Position numbers and translations under genes: made by a program. A stretch of 64,000 nucleotides of DNA. Origin: an uncultured Desulfosarcina sp. (GTDB lineage: Bacteria; Desulfobacterota; Desulfobacteria; Desulfobacterales; Desulfosarcinaceae). Shown here piece by piece: positions 20,713 through 29,325 of the stretch. The stretch lies in NCBI GenBank assembly GCA_963674945.2, contig CAXXWQ010000004.1:1184001-1248000 (forward strand). The letters are read 5' to 3'. Numbering within the stretch: position 1 is the stretch's first letter; each line of letters starts with the position of its first letter. The notes beneath the pieces were generated by a model. The model worked only from the letters and a program-made list of their open reading frames with translations, was not told the origin of the DNA and made no database searches.

Positions 20713-21719
20713 CGACCTCCTGTTTTTCGTAATAACACGGCAAAAAACGGTGCCCCGATAATAGCGGTGAGGATACTCAGGGGAATCTCCGCGGAAGTCG
20801 CGGCCCGGGCCAGGTCATCGATGATGAGCAAGGAAAAAGCCCCGATGGAAACACAGGCCGGCATCAAGGCCTTGTGGTTGGGACCCACCAGCATTCTGCC
20901 GATATGGGGAATAACCAGCCCGACCCAGCCCACGATGCCGCACAGGGAAACGGCTGCGGCCGTTATCACGGTGGCCGCCGTAATAATGATCCACCGAAGC
21001 CACCGAGTATTGATGCCCAGGGCCTGAGCTTCTTCCTCGCCCAAGGACAGGATGTTGATCTTCCATCGCAACAAAAGAAGTAAGACGCTGCCGATCAGAA
21101 TGGGCGGCCCCCCCCACAAAAGGTCCTTGTAAGAACTCCCGGCCATGCTCCCCATGAGCCAGTAGACGATGGTGGGCAGTTGTTCCTCCGGATCGGCCAC
21201 GTATTTCGTGAGCCCGATAAGGGCCGTAAAAAAGGCTCCCACGATCACGCCGGCAAGCACCAGCATGAGGAGGGATGTCCCTGTCTTGAGCCGGCTGATC
21301 AAGCATGCCAGCACCACGGCCAGAATACCAAAGGCAAAGGCGAACAATTGAATGGCAATGGCCTCTCCGGAGGTCAGGATGCCGATACAGGCCCCGAATC
21401 CGGCCCCAGCGGAGACGCCGAGGATGTCGGGGCTTACCAGGGGATTTCGAAAAAGGCCCTGAAATGCGGCACCGGCCACTGCCAATCCCGATCCCACCAG
21501 AACGGCCAGTAGCAAGCGCGGCAACCGGATTTGAAGCACCACGGATTCCTCTATGGCGGTCCAGGTGGCGTCAACCGGTAAGAAGCGCGAAATAAAAATG
21601 TCAAACCCCGTACCCGGGGAGATGCTATATCTTCCCATGTATACGGAAAGCCCAAAGGCCAGGATCGGCAATATAATCAGCACCGGCGTGGTGATCCGTA
21701 TTCGCTCTTTTTTCAACAT
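20703..21719 (-). CDS. FecCD/BtuC-family ABC permease
   Basis: IRLPR, FQGLFRNPLVSPDILG, EEEA..LG, G.VGWVGL..PH, EIP..ILT..IGAP. Confidence 0.93.
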   Translation of the reverse strand: MLKKERIRITTPVLIILPILAFGLSVYMGRYSISPGTGFDIFISRFLPVDATWTAIEESVVLQIRLPRLLLAVLVGSGLAVAGAAFQGLFRNPLVSPDILGVSAGAGFGACIGILTSGEAIAIQLFAFAFGILAVVLACLISRLKTGTSLLMLVLAGVIVGAFFTALIGLTKYVADPEEQLPTIVYWLMGSMAGSSYKDLLWGGPPILIGSVLLLLLRWKINILSLGEEEAQALGINTRWLRWIIITAATVITAAAVSLCGIVGWVGLVIPHIGRMLVGPNHKALMPACVSIGAFSLLIIDDLARAATSAEIPLSILTAIIGAPFFAVLLRKTGGRWT

Positions 21720-21774
21720 ATCGCTTCCTTTTCAAAATCGGCCCTGCGCATAGAAAAGGTCTTCTTTCACACAT

Positions 21775-22941
21775 TCACATTCGGGATCCTTTGGCAGCTG
21801 AACGCACGGGATGAAGAATCCGTTCCACCTGCTCATCGGAAAGTTGGTAATGATAGAATCGAGAATAAAATTTCTTAATCTCTTCTTCTATGGTGAAGTC
21901 ACGAAACAATTCCGGATGATTTTTCTGGGCCATCCATTTCAGCATGAGCGGCGCATCCGGATTCGGAGGATACCATCCGTATATCCCCAGGGGAATCTTA
22001 TAGACCTTTCCCTTTTTCACCGCGTTCACGATGCTCCAGTTCTGTCCTTCCACGGTGTTTTGTAACAGCGCCTCGGGCAGTGTGTCGCTGAAATTACTGA
22101 TGTAGATGATGTCCGGATTCCACTGGTAGATCTGCTCCATATTCACGGAAACCCGGCCCGACACGCACGCCGCCATATTGACCGCGCCGGTGGACGTGAT
22201 CCAGAAATGGCCATAGTGACCGGTTCCGGGGATATTGATTTCCTCTGCACTGTGGTAGTAGAGAATAAGCACCTTAGGCCGTCGTTTCTGGGGCACGCCC
22301 CGCAGCCTGGATGCGATCATCTCCATGGTCGCAAGATTGTATGCGATCAGTTCGGCCGCCTTTTCTTCCTCTTGAAAAATGCTGCCCACCAGGGTGATCC
22401 ATGTATTCAGGGTTTCCATGGCGTTTCCGCCGCTGATGGTGTGAACGGCCACGGCGGGGATGTCGATGGCGTCAAACTGCTGCCGCTGCCTGGGATACAA
22501 TCCCCAGAAGATAAAGAGGTCCGGCTCCAGTTTGAGGGCCTCTTCGATGTTCAGGTCCTTGCCCTTGACAAAGCCCGCAGCCATGTTCATCAGTTCCGGT
22601 GCCAGGACACCCAGCATGGAGATTCTTGCCTTGCTTTTGACCGCCGGGTGTATGCCCACGATTTTTTTGCATGAGCCGGTCACCGCATAACAGACCGCCG
22701 GAAGCGGAAAGGAGGTAACAATCACCCGATCGATGGATTCGGGGAGCCGGACCCGTCTGTTGTCCTGATCCGTTACCGTCCGCCAGGTACGATCCTGTGC
22801 CGCCGGTATGTCGGACACGGCAGCCCCTGACGGAAACGCACCTTCCGTGTTGTCACATCCGGTCATCACCATAAAGGTCAGGACCGGAATCAGCATCAGG
22901 GCATTACCAAGGGTACGTTTTGTTGCATACGTCCTTTTCAT
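21775..22941 (-). CDS. FecB/BtuF-type substrate-binding lipoprotein
   Basis: ATG 22941 overlaps the upstream TGA (ATGA); lipobox MTGC; VTDQ..R.V..P...R, NIEE.L.L.PD, VNMEQI..WNPD, AVK.GKVY..P. Confidence 0.88.
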   Translation of the reverse strand: MKRTYATKRTLGNALMLIPVLTFMVMTGCDNTEGAFPSGAAVSDIPAAQDRTWRTVTDQDNRRVRLPESIDRVIVTSFPLPAVCYAVTGSCKKIVGIHPAVKSKARISMLGVLAPELMNMAAGFVKGKDLNIEEALKLEPDLFIFWGLYPRQRQQFDAIDIPAVAVHTISGGNAMETLNTWITLVGSIFQEEEKAAELIAYNLATMEMIASRLRGVPQKRRPKVLILYYHSAEEINIPGTGHYGHFWITSTGAVNMAACVSGRVSVNMEQIYQWNPDIIYISNFSDTLPEALLQNTVEGQNWSIVNAVKKGKVYKIPLGIYGWYPPNPDAPLMLKWMAQKNHPELFRDFTIEEEIKKFYSRFYHYQLSDEQVERILHPVRSAAKGSRM

Positions 22942-24140
22942 CCTCTTATCCCGTTTGCACAGGTCCTTACCTTTTCCTGAAAATACCATGCCCCTTCCGG
23001 GCCGATGAAACTCGGGCCGTCATCCCAGTACAGACGGCTGGACAGGGCGATATGGGGAAAGGCGATGAATTGCCCCTTTCCGGACGAAGCCGTTAGACCC
23101 CGATATAAGGGATCTCCCACAATGACGGAATACGGATGCCTTTGTGTCAATGTAATCAGATCATCTTCCCCCTCAAGACGAATATCACATTCCTCTGAAA
23201 GCCATGGATCCATGTCAAAAAAAGAGGCCACGGTCACCCTGGAAAACCCCAAATCCAGACGCAGGCAGTTGCGGACGGCATTTGCCGTCACCTGTTCGCC
23301 CAGCACGAGCACTTCTCGTGTATCCAGTACGGGAAAAGAAGACGGTGGCTGTCCCATGCCCGACGTCTTGTCCAGATCAAGTAAGAAACGAACGTCGTTG
23401 ATAAAATGTTCAGTGGGTTTGCTTCCGATGGGTAAGCCCACCAGAAAGGGAATACCCTGTTCGCGCTCAAGGAAACGAGCGGCTGCAAGACCCGTACGGG
23501 AAACAACGATATTGAGCCTGGCTTCGGCCGACGCCGCAATCTCATCGAGGGAGGAACCCATGGCCCAGCATGAAACGATTCTGCAGCCGGCATTGGTGAG
23601 AAGGGTAAAAAACCGTTCCTTGTGCAGACCGTATCCGAAATCAAGGGGGGTCAGACCGATAATATTGACACCGATCTCATGGGTCGATAGGCGCGGTTTT
23701 ACAAAGCGGCGCGCCAATTCCAAAAAGGCATCGGAGGCCCCGTGATCGTAAGTATTGAGTCCATTGGTGTCAAACACCAGGATCGGCAGTTCTGTCCGTT
23801 GAGAAAGGATATGGCCCAGAGCCCGAAAGTCCGTTCCGATCACCATGGGGGCAGGGCTGCCCACGAGGGCGATAAAGTGCGGATGGATGGTTGTAAGGGC
23901 GTTTTCGATCTTGGTGAGCAGCTTTTCATCATCCCCCACAACCGCATCGATTTCTCGCAGACCACTGCTCATGACCGCGCTGGTGCTGCCGTACCAGCGG
24001 GGCTCGTCATAGGCGGTGAAATTACCGATGCACCCGCCACCATCATGGATCACCACCAACCCGCCCAGATCGAAGAGCGCAGAACACACGCCCGAATAGT
24101 CGGGTGCAAAGGGCGGTAATATGGAGTAGAGTCCTTTCAT
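22938..24140 (-). CDS. Nitrogenase component 1-like oxidoreductase, K/B-like subunit (Nfl)
   Basis: PDYSG, IHDGGGC, L.E.D.V.GD..KL, GSPAPMVIGTD, VNIIG, A.LNIV; 400 aa. Confidence 0.82.
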   Translation of the reverse strand: MKGLYSILPPFAPDYSGVCSALFDLGGLVVIHDGGGCIGNFTAYDEPRWYGSTSAVMSSGLREIDAVVGDDEKLLTKIENALTTIHPHFIALVGSPAPMVIGTDFRALGHILSQRTELPILVFDTNGLNTYDHGASDAFLELARRFVKPRLSTHEIGVNIIGLTPLDFGYGLHKERFFTLLTNAGCRIVSCWAMGSSLDEIAASAEARLNIVVSRTGLAAARFLEREQGIPFLVGLPIGSKPTEHFINDVRFLLDLDKTSGMGQPPSSFPVLDTREVLVLGEQVTANAVRNCLRLDLGFSRVTVASFFDMDPWLSEECDIRLEGEDDLITLTQRHPYSVIVGDPLYRGLTASSGKGQFIAFPHIALSSRLYWDDGPSFIGPEGAWYFQEKVRTCANGIRG

Positions 24141-24152
24141 TTATGATGATCC

Positions 24153-25463
24153 TTATAAAACCATGCCGGAGGCATACATCTGTTCCCGGTGATTCCGGGG
24201 ATGCTCGAGGGCATGATGCATTTCACTCAACAAAAAAGTGACCGCCTGAAACCCGAAAGGCTGTTTCTCCAGGCCCAGGGGAACGGTCACGGCATTCCGG
24301 CAAAAGTATCCGGCGTCAAATCCGATGGCCACATCCGCCGTCAACGCCTCATTGATCAGGCCAGCCATGGTCGGATGCAAGTTGGTAAAAACCTTTATTC
24401 CCAACCGTCGACGCCGGAGCCATTGAATGTGCTCCAAGTCAATATCCAGGATCTGATCCGCAATGATGTAGCGGACCCGAAAGCCGAATTCACTTAAAGC
24501 CCGGGCAAGCTCGAAAGGCGTTGCATTGGCCGTGGATCCAACGGCCATGTCCAGCGGGCCCAGGATTTTTCCATATGCCCGAATCGTGTCCAGGGCCGCT
24601 TCGCGATAAGTATGCGTATTCAGCTTCACATCCAGGGCCTGTTCCAGCAGGCCGTAATTGCGGGCAATAATGTCCGGGGTATAGGATACGGGTGCGTAAC
24701 AATAAGGCGTTCCGAGTTTTCTGTGCAGGTGTTCCACGGCCAGCCGACCGGCCGGCCGGATCAGCAGGTTATGGGCCGAACGACTCATTTGTTGAAATTC
24801 CGCCAACGTGGCACATGCCCCCACATGGCGAATGTGATTGATGCCTGCCTCTGCCATCAACGGATACAACTCACTCTCCGCATCAACAGGGACAAAATTC
24901 CCCATGACATTGACCGCCCTCTCTTGCTCAACAGGCGGTTCAAGAAAATCATACAAGGCCCGCTGGACGGTTAACAGAGGCGGTGTTTTTCCGTCCGTGG
25001 CGATGGGATCCATGTGACAGATGCGAATTGGAACGCCGTGTACCGCCTCCAAATGCCGAGCAAGCCCGTCATAGTCCGAGCCCAGCAGATCATCCAGACA
25101 GGAGGCACAGATGAGCATCGCCTTTGGCTGCGGCTGACGCATTGCCAGGATTTCACCGACGGCCAGGGGTATTTTTTCCATATGGTTCCCGGTTACGATA
25201 TCCGTTTCGGTTACGTGCAGCAGGAACAGGCGTTCCTTGAAGCCCAGTTGAAGGGCTGCAATGGCGCCGTGACGACCGCAGCCGGCCGGTGCGACCAGGA
25301 GCAGTACGGATTCGGGAACCAAAAGCCCCACCCGAACGATTCCCCATCCCCCGGCGCTTGCCGGACAGTAATGGAGGCAATCCGGCGATATCAACCGGTG
25401 CCGCTGAATCGCATCCGTATGTTCCAGTTCACTTACCGGGATGCAATAGGCCGTCATGTTCAC
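24153..25463 (-). CDS. Nitrogenase component 1-like oxidoreductase, D/N-like subunit (Nfl)
   Basis: APAGC (C62), [19 protein letters not shown] (C122), VNVMG, PFGF near the C-terminus; 436 aa; overlaps the H-like gene. Confidence 0.82.
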   Translation of the reverse strand: MNMTAYCIPVSELEHTDAIQRHRLISPDCLHYCPASAGGWGIVRVGLLVPESVLLLVAPAGCGRHGAIAALQLGFKERLFLLHVTETDIVTGNHMEKIPLAVGEILAMRQPQPKAMLICASCLDDLLGSDYDGLARHLEAVHGVPIRICHMDPIATDGKTPPLLTVQRALYDFLEPPVEQERAVNVMGNFVPVDAESELYPLMAEAGINHIRHVGACATLAEFQQMSRSAHNLLIRPAGRLAVEHLHRKLGTPYCYAPVSYTPDIIARNYGLLEQALDVKLNTHTYREAALDTIRAYGKILGPLDMAVGSTANATPFELARALSEFGFRVRYIIADQILDIDLEHIQWLRRRRLGIKVFTNLHPTMAGLINEALTADVAIGFDAGYFCRNAVTVPLGLEKQPFGFQAVTFLLSEMHHALEHPRNHREQMYASGMVL

Positions 25464-26218
25464 AAATCCCCCCGGGCTTGGGATATGCGGCGGGCGATAG
25501 CGAAAAGGGTTTGTGACACAGCGAGTTCCGGATTTCCCTGAATGACCGTTTGGTGCTGTTGCTCAAAGTACTGGATCTGACGATCCCGGGGAATGTCACC
25601 CATGATTTCCGTGTTTATCTCTTGTGCGAATCGTGTCACAATGGTTTCCTCATTTTCTACGTCGCGCCGGTTCAGAATCAGACCACGCAACCGGGCATAA
25701 TTCCGGTCGGCAAAGCTATCGATGGCCGTCTTGATGTTGTTGGCGGCAAACAGAGCCATCTTCTCCCCTGATGTTACAATAATGACCTCGTCAGCATAGC
25801 CCTCCCGCAGGGGCATGGCAAACCCGCCGCATACCACGTCGCCCAGCACATCAAATAGGACGAAATCCGGACGATAGACATCAAAGGCATGCAGATCCTC
25901 GAGTATAGTAAAGGCCGTAATAATCCCCCTGCCCGCGCAGCCGCGGCCCGGGGTGGGGCCGCCTGCTTCGACACATAGAATACCGTTAAACCCCTCAACA
26001 ACAATGTCCGAAAGAGAGGAACACGACCCGTGTTCCTGAAGAAATGCCATGACCGGCGTGACGGCCCTGCCATTTGTCAGATTAACGGTGGAGTCCGCCT
26101 TTGGATCGCAGCCGATTTGCATGACCTTAAATCCCAGCATGGAAAGTGCGGCGGACAGGGAGCCGGTAATGGTTGATTTACCGATTCCCCCTTTGCCGTA
26201 AAAAGCGATTTTTCGCAT
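25460..26218 (-). CDS. NifH/BchL/CfbC-family Fe protein (nitrogenase reductase-like, NflH)
   Basis: [47 protein letters not shown] (both 4Fe-4S Cys retained); 252 aa. Confidence 0.93.
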   Translation of the reverse strand: MRKIAFYGKGGIGKSTITGSLSAALSMLGFKVMQIGCDPKADSTVNLTNGRAVTPVMAFLQEHGSCSSLSDIVVEGFNGILCVEAGGPTPGRGCAGRGIITAFTILEDLHAFDVYRPDFVLFDVLGDVVCGGFAMPLREGYADEVIIVTSGEKMALFAANNIKTAIDSFADRNYARLRGLILNRRDVENEETIVTRFAQEINTEIMGDIPRDRQIQYFEQQHQTVIQGNPELAVSQTLFAIARRISQARGDL

Positions 26219-26244
26219 GTTTCATCTCTGTTGATATTTGGGTT

Positions 26245-26275
26245 GCCCATCCATCACCCTCGGTGATGGATGGGC
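26245..26275. other. Perfect 14-bp intergenic hairpin without a U-tract
   Basis: GCCCATCCATCACC-CTC-GGTGATGGATGGGC between the TonB receptor stop and the nifH-like start. Confidence 0.7.
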
Positions 26276-26281
26276 GTGTGT

Positions 26282-28477
26282 CTAAAATCTGGACGTCAAG
26301 GAGACGGATACACACCGGCCTGGTTCCAGCAGGGGATTGGTATCGCTCCTATCATAGGATATATCTTCTGTTGTGGTCGGATTGCGGTATTTCTCGTCCA
26401 GGATGTTCTCTACTGCCATGCGCAACTCCATGTCCGGAAGACGAGAGGACAGTTTCCTGATGTCAAACCCCATATAGAGGTTCCATATGAAGTAGGCGTC
26501 GGTCTCCCGTTCCTGGGTGTCATCGATGCGGTCCTTTTCGGCCGACCATTTATTGGTGGCTTCAATGTAAAAATCCTTGCTGTCGGGCGTATAACGGACG
26601 CCCACAAGACCATTGAGGGGCGCGATATAAGGCAGTGGTGTATCGGTTTTGGTGTCCGTGCCGTGCAAGTAGGCAGCATTCATGAAGGCCTTCCAGTTTT
26701 CGTTCGCCACCCAGGAGGCGTCCAGTTCAAGGCCTTTGATGCGGGCTTCGCCCACGTTCTGTCGCTGCGTGGCGGTTGTTCCTGCGTAGATGGTGGAGTC
26801 CACGGTCTTTCTGACGATCAGGTCTTCATACTCACTCCAAAACCCCGTCAGATTGGCGGTCACGATCGGCAAGCGCAATCGTATGCCCACCTCGTGAGTC
26901 ATTCCCTTTTCCGGATCAAGGTCGGGATTGGGTTCAAAACCGGAGCTCATCTCGAATTTCTCAGTACTCGTGGGCGCGCGGTAAGTGGTGCTGGAGTTTG
27001 CCGTGAAATGCAAGATGGGGATCGGTCGGTAGATCACCCCCGCACTTCCGGTAACGGGGTAGTCGCTCGACTCGGTGGAGCCCGTGTAATTGGGGACATC
27101 GTCCTTTGCTTCGGAACGGAAATAATCCAACCGGCCGCTTGCAGAAATCGTCCACTTCTCCGACGGATCCCAGTCATCATGCACGAACAGCCCCACATTG
27201 AGCTGGGAAGAATCGATTCCGGATTTTTTTCGGGCGGAGTAAGACGTCAGATTTCCATCCGCATCATACTTGGCTACCTCTTGCTCCGAGGCGTCGCGGT
27301 CCTCATAAAAGAAATCCGTGCCGATGGTAAGGGAATTGGTGGCCCCCCATGATTGAACACCGAACAATTTGCCCCCTGTGATCAACGGGCCGTCCACATA
27401 GACGTCGGCCTTGGTCAGACTCGAGGCGGGATCATCCTTGGGGCGTTTTTTCACGATCATATGCGTATACAGATCCCTTGCATACAAACTGGCCTCGATG
27501 TGCTCAAGCCCCAGGGTCCTCTCGCCTTGGTAATGGATCTTTGCCATTTTTTCCTTGAACGGCTCCTGCCTCCGTACATTATAGGGATAACCGGGCACGG
27601 CATAGATGCCTCCTGCCTGCCCCTGTTCCACTTCCATGTATTTTGCGGACAGTTCGATTCGATGATCTTGGGCCAGGGTATATCCGAGTTTCAGATCCGT
27701 GGACCATGACTCCATGTCGCTGTTGGCAATCTCCCCATCCGGACTTTCATAATCGTCCGACTTGCTACCGGAGAGCCCTATAAGCATATCAAAACCGTTT
27801 CCCACCCCCTGAACTTCAAGGGAACCCTTTCGAAGATTGCTGGCGCTGGAATAGGATAGCGATCTTAACCGGGGGGACAGTGTAAACGGTCCGTCAATGT
27901 CGCCTTCGGCCTTTCGGGTGATGACGTTGATCAGACCGGCCATGGAGTCGGTGCCGTACATGGAGGCGGCAGGACCGCGGATGACTTCAATGCGTTCAAT
28001 GCGGCTCGGGTCAAGGGCAATATACTCAAAGGTATTGCGACCCCGAAAACGATCCCCGTCAATGAAGAGGGGAGAGCGTGAATCATTGGAGTTGAATCCC
28101 CGTAAGTTGACCTGTCCGCCCAAGGGGCCTGCCCGGGAAAAGGATATTCCCGGAATCTCATCCAGTAATTCCAATATGGTGGCGGGATTGCGGGTCTCGA
28201 TGGTCTCTTTGTCGATCACGCTGACCGGCTTTGGTGTCAAATCCACGGCCCGTTCCGTCCGTGTCGTGGTCACCACCATTTCTCCCAAATCGATGGGCGC
28301 TTTTATTTGGCTCGTTTTCTCTCCGTTTTTTTCCTCCTTTTCCAGGGTCTGTTCGATTTCCGTACTGCTCAGGGTCGTCTCATCCATTTTTTCCGCAGCC
28401 GAGGTCTGCGATTGTTCAAGAAAGACAAGGGCGATCATCAGACTCAACAAACAACTAGCTCTTCGTACACCTTTCAT
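26282..28477 (-). CDS. TonB-dependent outer-membrane receptor
   Basis: Signal peptide, EMVVTTTRTE TonB box, plug motif IERIEVIRGPAASMYG...AG.IN.IT, YRAP and NPDL loops, C-terminal Phe; 731 aa. Confidence 0.93.
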   Translation of the reverse strand: MKGVRRASCLLSLMIALVFLEQSQTSAAEKMDETTLSSTEIEQTLEKEEKNGEKTSQIKAPIDLGEMVVTTTRTERAVDLTPKPVSVIDKETIETRNPATILELLDEIPGISFSRAGPLGGQVNLRGFNSNDSRSPLFIDGDRFRGRNTFEYIALDPSRIERIEVIRGPAASMYGTDSMAGLINVITRKAEGDIDGPFTLSPRLRSLSYSSASNLRKGSLEVQGVGNGFDMLIGLSGSKSDDYESPDGEIANSDMESWSTDLKLGYTLAQDHRIELSAKYMEVEQGQAGGIYAVPGYPYNVRRQEPFKEKMAKIHYQGERTLGLEHIEASLYARDLYTHMIVKKRPKDDPASSLTKADVYVDGPLITGGKLFGVQSWGATNSLTIGTDFFYEDRDASEQEVAKYDADGNLTSYSARKKSGIDSSQLNVGLFVHDDWDPSEKWTISASGRLDYFRSEAKDDVPNYTGSTESSDYPVTGSAGVIYRPIPILHFTANSSTTYRAPTSTEKFEMSSGFEPNPDLDPEKGMTHEVGIRLRLPIVTANLTGFWSEYEDLIVRKTVDSTIYAGTTATQRQNVGEARIKGLELDASWVANENWKAFMNAAYLHGTDTKTDTPLPYIAPLNGLVGVRYTPDSKDFYIEATNKWSAEKDRIDDTQERETDAYFIWNLYMGFDIRKLSSRLPDMELRMAVENILDEKYRNPTTTEDISYDRSDTNPLLEPGRCVSVSLTSRF

Positions 28478-28740
28478 ACCTCAATCTTCCTCCTGATTTC
28501 GGGGCCTGCGCGAAGCCCGTGGAGTCGTGATAAAAAATGAACTGTCTTTGAAATCAACGACCCTTGTTTACTGTTGACAATACCCCCGATCCGTCTGAAA
28601 GAGGTGCGCATTGAATCCGGTCGAATTGCTTTTTTCTCTCCGGAGGATAATTCTTTCCCGGCCCGGGATTTTTCCTGTTACTGCCTCACCCGGGTCTTGT
28701 TTTGCGAATCATGATAAACTGACACCCATGCGGCATGCGC

Positions 28741-29316
28741 CTATTCTCCGCGTATTACGCCCTTTACGGCGGTAATGGTCTTTTCTGGTTTCAGAAGGCC
28801 TGCCGGCGTCAAATTCAGACCGGGGATATCCGACCCGATCATTTCAAGAAAGACGCTTTGGGCCTTAAGGGAAAAATCCTGATACCCCGGGCTGTATCGC
28901 CGGGTGGTACTGCTTTTCTCCCGCTCACATTCCCGAACAATTTTTTTGTCCAGGTTCCTCATCTCCCCTTCCACGAGATAGCTTCCCATGCGGTCCAGAA
29001 TGTACCCGGAGAACGTCTCGTTTTGTGCAAAATAATCCCGGGAACGTCGTTCCAGGTCATCCCCCAGGCTCACGGCCATGAGCCAAACCTGATGGGCCTC
29101 GGCCAGCAGCCGGGTAATGGCCTTGTTTTGCCGGGCGTGTGAATGAAAAAGGAGAAAAAATTCATTCACGGGAAGCAGATGGCGCCAACGCCGCACATCA
29201 AGCAACTGATGGGCCTCGTTCCAGAGTCGTGCGGTCTGTTCCATGGCGAGAGAGTCCTTTTCAATCTGAAGATATTTCAGGACTTTTTCCGTGAGTCGCG
29301 GTATCTCCCCTGCCAT
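28741..29316 (-). CDS. Stand-alone B12-dependent methionine synthase activation-domain-like protein
   Basis: AVSLG..LE, YILD..GS..VE, RYSPGY.DF.L..Q, LT...LL.PEKTITA. Confidence 0.78.
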   Translation of the reverse strand: MAGEIPRLTEKVLKYLQIEKDSLAMEQTARLWNEAHQLLDVRRWRHLLPVNEFFLLFHSHARQNKAITRLLAEAHQVWLMAVSLGDDLERRSRDYFAQNETFSGYILDRMGSYLVEGEMRNLDKKIVRECEREKSSTTRRYSPGYQDFSLKAQSVFLEMIGSDIPGLNLTPAGLLKPEKTITAVKGVIRGE

Positions 29317-29325
29317 GACGCCCTC

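Noticed and set aside
22938..26218. Calling the H/D/K genes a true nitrogenase (nifHDK), or marHDK, cfbCD or bchLNB
   Set aside because: P-cluster and FeMo-co ligands are incomplete, the subunits are short, and no nifB/nifEN, cfb or bch partners are present; a specific assignment needs phylogeny.
28478..28740. Cobalamin riboswitch upstream of the TonB receptor
   Set aside because: I could not find the expected GGGAA, GCCACTG or B12-box (AGYCAGRAGACC) elements on the minus strand.
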